Assembly: GCA_965202585.1 (NCBI GenBank)
Contig: OZ241834.1
Location: forward strand, 25,730,001 to 25,794,000
From: Thalia democratica
Taxonomy: Eukaryota
Direction of reading: 5' to 3'
Length of the DNA: 64,000 nt
Each line of letters opens with the position of its first letter. Positions within the stretch are counted from its first letter, which is position 1. This document shows positions 1-10,707 of this stretch, piece after piece. Both the position numbers and the translations under genes were made by a program. The notes below the pieces were generated by a model. It had not been told where the DNA came from and searched no databases. It worked only from the letters and a program-made list of their open reading frames with translations.

Positions 1-1275
1 AGGTATTTAATAAATAATGAGTTTATAGTTTGGAGGGAAATAGTTTTTTGATTCTTTTTCACCACAAAGTTGATTAAGTGTGTGTATTTGTGTTGTTGAG
101 TTTAGTCGTCATTAGTAGCTTGTGTAATTAATTGGTGATCCACCTAATCTTTAGATTCAAAAAGTACATAGCTTAAAACAAACAAGTACAGTCGTTTTAA
201 GTTGTCTCAAACATAGTTTAAAAAAGAGTTACAAAAAATGGTAACAAGCTGTTCTTTTTTGCCTTTGAATCATTTCGTAATTTGTCATAGCCACAGAAAA
301 GAATGAGTCCAACAAAACAAGTATGAGCTTTGTAAAGAGAAAGATTATTTCAATTGTATGTTTGTTTTAAACAACCACTGTTGTTTACATTAATTTGATT
401 GTTCAACTTTTAAACAGATCTTTATTGTTTCATTTGCATTCTGATAAATAAGACTAATACACTTTTGACAATCAAACCTCCGTTAAATAACTACCATTGA
501 GTATTTTTAATATCAATGCAAAGTAAAGTTTAATATAAGTGTCATTTAATACAATGTCTTATTTAAGCATAAATTTTTATGTAGTGACAGATCATTGTTT
601 TTTTAATTAAACTAACAACAAATATCTATTGAGTGTTTTTAAAACAAGTCTACAAAATAAAACAAATAAGAATGAGTTTTGTTTAAACAATAAGTTAATT
701 GTATTAATAAGTAATGTAAGTAATTGTAATAAGTAATGTATTCGTAACTTTTTTAAACGTGTTACATGTCTTCAATTGCAATTAAATTGATAAGAAGAAC
801 ATGTTCAAAAAGTTAAAGCTCGGTTGTGTTACTAATAATCAACAACAACAACTTAAAATAAAGTCAAAACTAAGACTTTGCTTGTTATAAGTAATATGAA
901 TTTTTGTTTAATAAGATGATACTTTTTTGTAAGCACTTATTTATTGAACTTTTTAACAGAACTTCAACAAATGAATAAAAGAAAGTCTTTTGTATAAAAC
1001 GTATTCAGATGAAAAATCTTACGGACAACATAATCAAGTTAGCTAAACCTCTTTTACAAAGCATTTAATTACAAGCACTACTACTGTTTTTATCATATTA
1101 GACTAATGCAATGCTTTTTATACAACATAACGAGTTACAAATTTATAAAGCATTTAAAACAATAAAAATATTTATTTATTTGAATTTTTAATTTACACAA
1201 ATAAGAACTTATTTGTACTAAGCTTATATTCTTGTACATTAAGTAAGCATGAACAGCTGGTTCTATTCTAATGGT

Positions 1276-1291
1276 GGTCCTAAAAAGGACC
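1276..1291 (-). terminator. Histone 3' stem-loop (SLBP site) of H2B, type A
   Basis: GGTCCT-TTTT-AGGACC followed by ACCA; fits GGYYYU/ARRRCC. Also at +6662. Confidence 0.95.
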
Positions 1292-1304
1292 GGTTGTTGA
1301 GCGT

Positions 1305-1664
1305 TTATTTTGAGCTGGTGTATTTGGTAACAGCTTTAGTTCCTTCTGAAACTGCGTGCTTTGACAACTCGCCGGGGAGCAAGAGCCTGACAGCAGTTTG
1401 AATTTCGCGGCTGCTAACAGTTGACCTCTTGTTGTAATGAGCCAAACGTGAAGCCTCTGCTGCAATGCGCTCGAAGATGTCGTTGACAAAAGAGTTCATG
1501 ATTCCCATCGCCTTGCTGGAAATTCCGGTGTCGGGGTGCACTTGCTTCAAAACTTTGTACACATAGATGCCAAAGCTTTCTTTGTTCCTCCTCCTTCGCT
1601 TCTTCTTGCCGTCGACCGGAGCGGTCTTGGCTACTGACTTCTTCGCGCCTTTTGTTGCTGTCAT
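1305..1664 (-). CDS. H2B: Histone H2B (119 aa), unit 1
   Basis: [14 protein letters not shown]...[13 protein letters not shown] histone fold. Start set at MTATKG (ATG 1664), downstream of the TATA box, followed by a stem-loop. Confidence 0.98.
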   Translation of the reverse strand: MTATKGAKKSVAKTAPVDGKKKRRRRNKESFGIYVYKVLKQVHPDTGISSKAMGIMNSFVNDIFERIAAEASRLAHYNKRSTVSSREIQTAVRLLLPGELSKHAVSEGTKAVTKYTSSK

Positions 1665-1695
1665 GATGATGTGTGGACTTCTGTCTCGGCGCCGG

Positions 1696-1744
1696 TTTAT
1701 ATGCTGTAAAATTATGCAAATTAGCATAGTTCCGTACGCGAACG
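1696..1744 (-). promoter_or_regulatory. H2B promoter: CGCGT box, extended octamer (ATTTGCAT orientation), TATA
   Basis: Minus strand CGTTCGCGTACGG (1744-1732), CTAATTTGCATA (1724-1713), TATAAA (1701-1696); present in every unit. Confidence 0.85.
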
Positions 1745-1798
1745 ATAGCTGGTTTCTCTCACTTCACAATTCTCTCGTTTGTTGTAAATATTTTTGGT

Positions 1799-1814
1799 GG
1801 TCCTGAAAAGGACC
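1799..1814 (-). terminator. Histone 3' stem-loop of H2A
   Basis: GGTCCT-TTTC-AGGACC-ACCA; recurs at +6662, +13937, then every +7275. Confidence 0.95.
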
Positions 1815-1829
1815 TGGTTTTTTTCTAAC

Positions 1830-2210
1830 TTAGGCTGACTTTTTTGAAGCGGTCTTCTTAGGCAATAGTACTGCCTGGATGTTTGGAAGAACACCACCTT
1901 GAGCAATTGTGACGCCTCCGAGAAGTTTGTTCAACTCTTCGTCGTTGCGAATAGCTAGTTGCAAATGGCGAGGAATGATCCTGCTTTTCTTGTTGTCACG
2001 AGCAGCGTTACCGGCAAGCTCGAGCACTTCTGCGCTCAAGTACTCGAGAACGGCAGCCAGATAAACTGGAGCACCAGCTCCGACTCTTTGGCTGTAGTTG
2101 CCGGTGCGCAACAGGCGGTGCACGCGACCGACTGGAAACTGCAGTCCTGCACGGGAAGACCTGCTCTTCGGCTTAGATTTGAGTTTTGATCCTTTACCAC
2201 GTCCTGACAT
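1830..2210 (-). CDS. H2A: Histone H2A (126 aa), unit 1
   Basis: MSGRGK...[14 protein letters not shown]...[16 protein letters not shown]...LLPKK. Start set at MSGRGK (2210). Confidence 0.98.
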   Translation of the reverse strand: MSGRGKGSKLKSKPKSRSSRAGLQFPVGRVHRLLRTGNYSQRVGAGAPVYLAAVLEYLSAEVLELAGNAARDNKKSRIIPRHLQLAIRNDEELNKLLGGVTIAQGGVLPNIQAVLLPKKTASKKSA

Positions 2211-2250
2211 TTTGTTGTTCGAATGATTGTGATGATAGCTTGCACAGCTC

Positions 2251-2299
2251 AATATACAACTCATACCTAACCGCGTCGAACGAAAAACTAATTTGCATA
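2251..2299 (-). promoter_or_regulatory. H2A promoter: extended octamer, CGCGT box, weak TATA
   Basis: TATGCAAATTAG (2299-2288), CGTTCGACGCGG (2282-2271). TATA-like element is TGTATATT in type A and TTTTATAGT in type B. Confidence 0.8.
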
Positions 2300-2359
2300 T
2301 GTCATAGCTAATGCTTAATCTTGTCAAAAGTGTTGTAAAACTTTTATATTGAATTAGGT

Positions 2360-2375
2360 GGTCCTAAAAAGGACC
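2360..2375 (-). terminator. Histone 3' stem-loop of H4
   Basis: GGTCCT-TTTT-AGGACC-ACC; present in every unit. Confidence 0.95.
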
Positions 2376-2392
2376 GGGTTTGCTAAAAGCGA

Positions 2393-2792
<400 letters not shown>

Positions 2793-2861
2793 CTCCAAAA
2801 AGTCTCTTAACTTACATTTTTTCGTTCGGTTAAGTTTTTCTCACTGTCAAAGTTTTAAGGT

Positions 2862-2877
2862 GGCCCTGAAAAGGACC
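2862..2877 (-). terminator. Histone 3' stem-loop of H3
   Basis: GGTCCT-TTTC-AGGGCC-ACC with one U.G wobble; present in every unit. Confidence 0.94.
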
Positions 2878-2892
2878 GGTTTTAGCTAACGC

Positions 2893-3396
<504 letters not shown>

Positions 3397-3451
3397 TTTT
3401 CAACTTAGCATTGTTTTATGCATTTTGAGTTACGTTATATTTTGTTTGAGT

Positions 3452-3467
3452 GGTCCTGAAAAGGACC
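3452..3467 (-). terminator. Histone 3' stem-loop of H1
   Basis: GGTCCT-TTTC-AGGACC-ACTC; present in every unit. Confidence 0.94.
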
Positions 3468-3484
3468 TTGGGTAAAAGAACAAC

Positions 3485-4045
3485 TTATTTTTTACAGCTC
3501 TTCTTCTTGGATGCTTTTTTGGCTGCCGGCTTCTTCTTGGTTACTTTCTTCTTCTTGCTTGCAGCTTTTTTAGATGCTGCCTTCTTAGGAGCGCACTTTT
3601 TAGCAGGTCGCTTTTTGGCTGCTGGTTTTTTTGCAGCCTTCTTGGGAGCACACTTCTTTTTTGGTTTTTTAGCTGGGGCCTTCTTTGCTGCTGGCTTTTT
3701 AGCTACTTTCTTTGTCCTCTTCTTGGGCCCAGCAGCTGGCATTGGAGCAAGCTTGAACGAGCCAGAAGCGCCTTTTCCAGTTGTCTGGAGAAAAGCACCT
3801 TTGGTCACGCCGCTGGTAAGTGCTCTCTTCAAGTGAGAATTGGAAGCTGTGAGGTCAAGCTTGTAGGTGTCCGCGATATACTTTTGTATCTTCTGGCGGG
3901 ATGTACCTTTTCGTTCCTTCATTGCTCCAAGGGCAGAGCTAATCATTTCCCTGTAAGTAGGGTGCTCTGCCTTCTTGGCGCTTGGTCTCTTTGAAGACCT
4001 GGCTGCGGCTGGCGCTGGTACTGCTGCTACTGCTGTGGTAGACAT
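3485..4045 (-). CDS. H1: Linker histone H1 (186 aa), unit 1
   Basis: Winged-helix core HPTYREMI...GKGASGSFKL, K/A/P-rich tail, 3' stem-loop. Confidence 0.96.
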   Translation of the reverse strand: MSTTAVAAVPAPAAARSSKRPSAKKAEHPTYREMISSALGAMKERKGTSRQKIQKYIADTYKLDLTASNSHLKRALTSGVTKGAFLQTTGKGASGSFKLAPMPAAGPKKRTKKVAKKPAAKKAPAKKPKKKCAPKKAAKKPAAKKRPAKKCAPKKAASKKAASKKKKVTKKKPAAKKASKKKSCKK

Positions 4046-4170
4046 GATGAATGAATATTAAAGCGACCAAAACGGTACTTGCAAGAGTTACTGACTGTGA
4101 CGAATTGACTGTTGAGCAGTTATGCTTTGCAAGGTACCTTTTACTTCTTAATATAAGCATTAGCATGTTT
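4046..4170 (-). promoter_or_regulatory. Putative H1 promoter (TATA-less, variant octamer ATGCTAATGC)
   Basis: TCATTCA cap-site-like motif abuts the ATG. ATGCTAATGC at 4166-4157 is kept in types A and B. No canonical module. Confidence 0.45.
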
Positions 4171-7100
4171 GTTTAAGACATATATGCTTATAAAAACTTA
4201 GTTGTCTTATTACGAATGTTGAAAAAGTCCCAGTAAGAAAGAAACCATATCTAACTTGTTCTAAAAGTAATTTTTTTTAAAGCATTAGTTTGAAAAGTCC
4301 AGAAATAACAGCCTGTATCTTACAGCACACCTCTAAATACATAAAGAAAAACATAAATGAAACAAAACATGTTAACACACTTCCGACTGAGTTTTCCTTT
4401 GCCGCTCACCTAAATTAATAAAGTTTTAACAAAGCATAAGGTTTTTTTTTACCTCAAACTTAAACAAAATTTCATTATTTCGATTTCATGGAGTTTTGTT
4501 AATCGTAAGTTCTATCAAGTATGTTCAAGTTAATTACAGTTTAAACTAATGTGTAAAAAGTAATTGCAAAAGAATAAAAGTGTTCATTTTTTTTAGCTTT
4601 ACTGCTTATGATTACTCATAAGCAATGTACTCAAAACTTTTGTTAAACAGACAACTAGATAACTTTGTTCTTGCACATACTAGTAACTTACCTTACAACA
4701 ATGTTTTCCAAACAACCTTTCAAAAACGTGCTGTTACTATGATGTTACTATATTTAACTATGATGTTACTTGTTTGAAAGTTGTAAACTACATTTAAACA
4801 CAAATTTTATTTTTCAGTGTATATGAAAAACTAGATTAACAGGTAAGTAGTTTAACATTCAATTAGTGTTTCAAACAACTGATTCAAGCTGTTATACAGT
4901 TTAAAAAATAACTGATGCAATTTTGCTCGTTAAACTTAAACCTTGATCAAACTAAGAACTTTAACTTTGCAGATTTCAACCGAATAAAGTGTGCTGTTAA
5001 AAGTGAACAAATGGATTTGGTTGTAAATTTTTCAAACAAAATAAAGATAATTAAATTCAAAGAAGTAAATAAGTCGAAAAAGCTTATGAACACTAGCACT
5101 AAATTTGAACAAAAGCTGATATCTTTTGGACGAAAAATTTTACGTAAAAAAAGAGGTTGGTTTATTTTTTAAGCAGCATTATATACAAAATAAAATCGAG
5201 TAAGAAAATCGAAATGAAAAAGTTTTGAAATAAGATTGACAAACTTAGTGTTTGAATAAAGCTTTGTTTACAATTAGCACTCATAACCTTTCAATCCATC
5301 TTTGAAACTTTTTAACTGGAAAATAATGCAATTAAGTTTTTTTTCAAACTTTGTTTTGTCACTTCTCATAAACTTAAAGTCAGTCGAAACAACATAGAAC
5401 AACTTATTACTTTCTTGACACATATTTTGAAACAACAACAGTACTGTCTTTTAAAGTTTACGATTGAAGTGTTTACCACGTTAAACATGTGTTTTAACTG
5501 CTTTACTGCTAATAGTAATTTCCTAGTTTACTCAACCTAGATTAATCATAATGTTCTGTACCATTGATTTCATTGACTAAATGTTTTGCTTTTCAAAATT
5601 CGTAACTAGTTATCTCTAACTTACTGTCAATGTAGTTGAAAACACAACTTAGGATAAGTTACATTTTATTCTCGGATGTCGTTAAGAACATAGCTGTTGT
5701 AGCAATAACATATAAACTTGAAACAAAGTAACTGTTATCTTATTCAATTATAGACCATATAAAACAAAGTATTTGCTTGATTCAAAGTTTTACATTGTTG
5801 TTTGCCTATTATGGAACTTGTACTATCACATAATAAGCTGTGAAAAAATGAAGGTTAAAAAAGTTTTGGTTTTGCTTTGTCCAATTTTTTCTTCTTCTTT
5901 AGATTTATAAAACTACACAGCTTAAAGCAACAAGTTACAGTGATTTTAGTTTTCTTATGTATAGCGTACATAACAGTAACAAGCAAATAAGTTTTTTACT
6001 TCTTTGTATCATGTTTCAGCTAATCAAATGGTTTATTTCATATGCTTGACAAGATCAGAAAGCTTAAATCAACTAAGTAGATGTAAGCTTTGTAAAATAA
6101 AAGATTTATTTATACAAGTTCATCATTTTATTAAGATATTCTGTGTACTTGTTAATAGTGTTCTCTTTCTTTTGAACAATCGATGTTGTTTACATTTAAG
6201 TGTTACATCAGTTTTGAAATTGTTTCAGTTGTAATTTAATTGTAATTGAACAGTATTTTTTAAGGACACTAAACATTGTCTGTTATTAACAGTTTAAAAC
6301 GTTTTCAGTTAATAAGTCAAAGTTTTATTTTTATTTATGTTAAAGCGTACTATTTTCATTGAAAAATATAATTAGTTTTTACAGTGACGTAGGCACAGCT
6401 TTATTAAATAAACTAAAAAACAAATGAAATATTGAATTTAAAAAATTTCCACTAAGTAAGCATGAATGAGAATAAGTTTTGTTTTGAAAAGAAAGTTAAA
6501 AGGAAAATTCTCTACGAAAAAGACACTCAAGTTAGTTAAAGCTTTTCACTAAGCACTCATTAATAGTAAGCAATAAAGTAAGGATTAGAGCAGTTATCTA
6601 GCTAGAGTTCCCTTCTTAACAGTTGCATAAAAAAAAGTAAAGTAGAGAAATTGTAGCAAGCTAGGTATTTAATAAATAATGAGTTTATAGTTTGGAGGGA
6701 AATAGTTTTTTGATTCTTTTTCACCACAAAGTTGATTAAGTGTGTGTATTTGTGTTGTTGAGTTTAGTCGTCATTAGTAGCTTGTGTAATTAATTGGTGA
6801 TCCACCTAATCTTTAGATTCAAAAAGTACATAGCTTAAAACAAACAAGTACAGTCGTTTTAAGTTGTCTCAAACATAGTTTAAAAAAGAGTTACAAAAAA
6901 TGGTAACAAGCTGTTCTTTTTTGCCTTTGAATCATTTCGTAATTTGTCATAGCCACAGAAAAGAATGAGTCCAACAAAACAAGTATGAGCTTTGTAAAGA
7001 GAAAGATTATTTCAATTGTATGTTTGTTTTAAACAACCACTGTTGTTTACATTAATTTGATTGTTCAACTTTTAAACAGATCTTTATTGTTTCATTTGCA

Positions 7101-7360
7101 TTCTGATAAATAAGACTAATACACTTTTGACAATCAAACCTCCGTTAAATAACTACCATTGAGTATTTTTAATATCAATGCAAAGTAAAGTTTAATATAA
7201 GTGTCATTTAATACAATGTCTTATTTAAGCATAAATTTTTATATAGTGACAGATCATTGTTTTTTTAATTAAACTAACAACAAATATCTATTGAGTGTTT
7301 TTAAAACAAGTCTACAAAATAAAACAAATAAGAATGAGTTTTGTTTAAACAATAAGTTAA

Positions 7361-7397
7361 TTGTATTAATAAGTAATGTAAGTAATTGTAATAAGTA
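7361..7397. repeat. Type A micro-repeat patch at a deletion junction (also at 699-735)
   Basis: ttgtatt-aataagtaa-tgta-agtaa-ttgt-aataagtaa replaces the type B segment 14022-14676. Confidence 0.8.
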
Positions 7398-7966
7398 ATG
7401 TATTCGTAACTTTTTTAAACGTGTTACATGTCTTCAATTGCAATTAAATTGATAAGAAGAACATGTTCAAAAAGTTAAAGCTCGGTTGTGTTACTAATAA
7501 TCAACAACAACAACTTAAAATAAAGTCAAAACTAAGACTTTGCTTGTTATAAGTAATATGAATTTTTGTTTAATAAGATGATACTTTTTTGTAAGCACTT
7601 ATTTATTGAACTTTTTAACAGAACTTCAACAAATGAATAAAAGAAAGTCTTTTGTATAAAACGTATTCAGATGAAAAATCTTACGGACAACATAATCAAG
7701 TTAGCTAAACCTCTTTTACAAAGCATTTAATTACAAGCACTACTACTGTTTTTATCATATTAGACTAATGCAATGCTTTTTATACAACATAACGAGTTAC
7801 AAATTTATAAAGCATATAAAACAATAAAAATATTTATTTATTTGAATTTTTAATTTACACAAATAAGAACTTATTTGTACTAAGCTTATATTCTTGTACA
7901 TTAAGTAAGCATGAACAGCTGGTTCTATTCTAATGGTGGTCCTAAAAAGGACCGGTTGTTGAGCGT

Positions 7967-8326
7967 TTATTTTGAGCTGGTGTATTTGGTAACAGCTTTA
8001 GTTCCTTCTGAAACTGCGTGCTTTGACAACTCGCCGGGGAGCAAGAGCCTGACAGCAGTTTGAATTTCGCGGCTGCTAACAGTTGACCTCTTGTTGTAAT
8101 GAGCCAAACGTGAAGCCTCTGCTGCAATGCGCTCGAAGATGTCGTTGACAAAAGAGTTCATGATTCCCATCGCCTTGCTGGAAATTCCGGTGTCGGGGTG
8201 CACTTGCTTCAAAACTTTGTACACATAGATGCCAAAGCTTTCTTTGTTCCTCCTCCTTCGCTTCTTCTTGCCGTCGACCGGAGCGGTCTTGGCTACTGAC
8301 TTCTTCGCGCCTTTTGTTGCTGTCAT
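7967..8326 (-). CDS. H2B: Histone H2B, unit 2
   Basis: Same protein as unit 1; type A nucleotide alleles. Confidence 0.98.
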   Translation of the reverse strand: MTATKGAKKSVAKTAPVDGKKKRRRRNKESFGIYVYKVLKQVHPDTGISSKAMGIMNSFVNDIFERIAAEASRLAHYNKRSTVSSREIQTAVRLLLPGELSKHAVSEGTKAVTKYTSSK

Positions 8327-8491
8327 GATGATGTGTGGACTTCTGTCTCGGCGCCGGTTTATATGCTGTAAAATTATGCAAATTAGCATAGTTCCGTACG
8401 CGAACGATAGCTGGTTTCTCTCACTTCACAATTCTCTCGTTTGTTGTAAATATTTTTGGTGGTCCTGAAAAGGACCTGGTTTTTTTCTAAC

Positions 8492-8872
8492 TTAGGCTGA
8501 CTTTTTTGAAGCGGTCTTCTTAGGCAATAGTACTGCCTGGATGTTTGGAAGAACACCACCTTGAGCAATTGTGACGCCTCCGAGAAGTTTGTTCAACTCT
8601 TCGTCGTTGCGAATAGCTAGTTGCAAATGGCGAGGAATGATCCTGCTTTTCTTGTTGTCACGAGCAGCGTTACCGGCAAGCTCGAGCACTTCTGCGCTCA
8701 AGTACTCGAGAACGGCAGCCAGATAAACTGGAGCACCAGCTCCGACTCTTTGGCTGTAGTTGCCGGTGCGCAACAGGCGGTGCACGCGACCGACTGGAAA
8801 CTGCAGTCCTGCACGGGAAGACCTGCTCTTCGGCTTAGATTTGAGTTTTGATCCTTTACCACGTCCTGACAT
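8492..8872 (-). CDS. H2A: Histone H2A, unit 2
   Basis: Same protein as unit 1; spans the A/B switch interval. Confidence 0.98.
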   Translation of the reverse strand: MSGRGKGSKLKSKPKSRSSRAGLQFPVGRVHRLLRTGNYSQRVGAGAPVYLAAVLEYLSAEVLELAGNAARDNKKSRIIPRHLQLAIRNDEELNKLLGGVTIAQGGVLPNIQAVLLPKKTASKKSA

Positions 8873-9054
8873 TTTGTTGTTCGAATGATTGTGATGATAG
8901 CTTGCACAGCTCACTATAAAACTCATACCTAACCGCGTCGAACGAAAAACTAATTTGCATATGTCATAGCTAATGCTTAATCTTGTCAAAAGTGTTGTAA
9001 AACTTTTATATTGAATTAGGTGGTCCTAAAAAGGACCGGGTTTGCTAAAAGCGA

Positions 9055-9402
<348 letters not shown>

Positions 9403-9554
9403 TTATATACAAGCTGTTACGGACGCGTACGGTTACTACTAACTAATTTGCATACTCAAAAAAGTCTCTTAACTTACATTTTTTCGTTCGGTTAAGTTTT
9501 TCTCACTGTCAAAGTTTTAAGGTGGCCCTGAAAAGGACCGGTTTTAGCTAACGC

Positions 9555-10046
<492 letters not shown>

Positions 10047-10146
10047 CTAATTTGCATATTTTCAACTTAGCATTGTTTTATGCATTTCGAGTTGCGTTAT
10101 ATTTTGTTTGAGTGGTCCTGAAAAGGACCTTGGGTAAAAGAACAAC

Positions 10147-10707
10147 TTATTTTTTGCAGCTCTTCTTCTTGGATGCTTTTTTGGCTGCCGGCTTCTTCTT
10201 GGTTACTTTCTTCTTCTTGCTTGCAGCTTTTTTAGATGCTGCCTTCTTAGGAGCGCACTTTTTAGCAGGTCGCTTTTTGGCTGCTGGTTTTTTTGCAGCC
10301 TTCTTGGGAGCACACTTCTTTTTTGGTTTTTTAGCTGCGGCCTTCTTTGCTGCTGGCTTTTTAGCTACTTTCTTTGTCCTCTTCTTGGGCCCAGCAGCTG
10401 GCATTGGAGCAAGCTTGAACGAGCCAGAAGCGCCTTTTCCAGTTGTCTGGAGAAAAGCACCTTTGGTCACGCCGCTGGTAAGTGCTCTCTTCAAGTGAGA
10501 ATTGGAAGCTGTGAGGTCAAGCTTGTAGGTGTCCGCAATAAACTTTTGTATCTTCTGGCGGGATGTACCTTTTCGTTCCTTCATTGCTCCAAGGGCAGAG
10601 CTAATCATTTCCCTGTAAGTAGGGTGCTCTGCCTTCTTGGCGCTTGGTCTCTTGGAAGACCTGGCTGCGGCTGGCGCTGGTACTGCTGCTACTGCTGTGG
10701 TAGACAT
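10147..10707 (-). CDS. H1: Histone H1, unit 2
   Basis: 186 aa from MSTTAV; differs from unit 1 by Y>F (QKFIAD) and P>A (KKAAAKK). Confidence 0.96.
   Translation of the reverse strand: MSTTAVAAVPAPAAARSSKRPSAKKAEHPTYREMISSALGAMKERKGTSRQKIQKFIADTYKLDLTASNSHLKRALTSGVTKGAFLQTTGKGASGSFKLAPMPAAGPKKRTKKVAKKPAAKKAAAKKPKKKCAPKKAAKKPAAKKRPAKKCAPKKAASKKAASKKKKVTKKKPAAKKASKKKSCKK

Noticed and set aside
1665-1727. N-terminal extension of the H2B ORF (MLICII...), and similar extensions of H2A (to 2327) and type B H1 (to 10746)
   Set aside because: The H2B and H2A extensions start upstream of or within the octamer/TATA promoter, so they lie outside the predicted mRNA. The H1 extension exists only in type B. 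The extensions are not histone-like.
2217-2225. GTTCGAATG resembling a tRNA B-box
   Set aside because: It lies in the H2A 5' UTR, with no cloverleaf or A-box.
3450-3836. Plus-strand 128-aa Phe/Leu/Ala-rich ORF in every unit
   Set aside because: Antisense shadow of the Lys/Ala codons in the H1 tail; no independent signals.
4840-4850. Minus-strand CTACTTACCTG resembling the U1 snRNA 5' end (some cnidarian histone repeats carry U1/U2/5S/tRNA)
   Set aside because: The downstream sequence is AT-rich with no U1 stems or Sm site. The match is simply the complement of a splice donor. No 5S, U2 or tRNA was found either.
4915-6234. Spacer ORFs of 72-85 aa (4915-5172, 6004-6234, 15003-15221 and copies)
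   Set aside because: Short, AT-biased, with lengths and ends that change between types A and B, and no homology I recognise.
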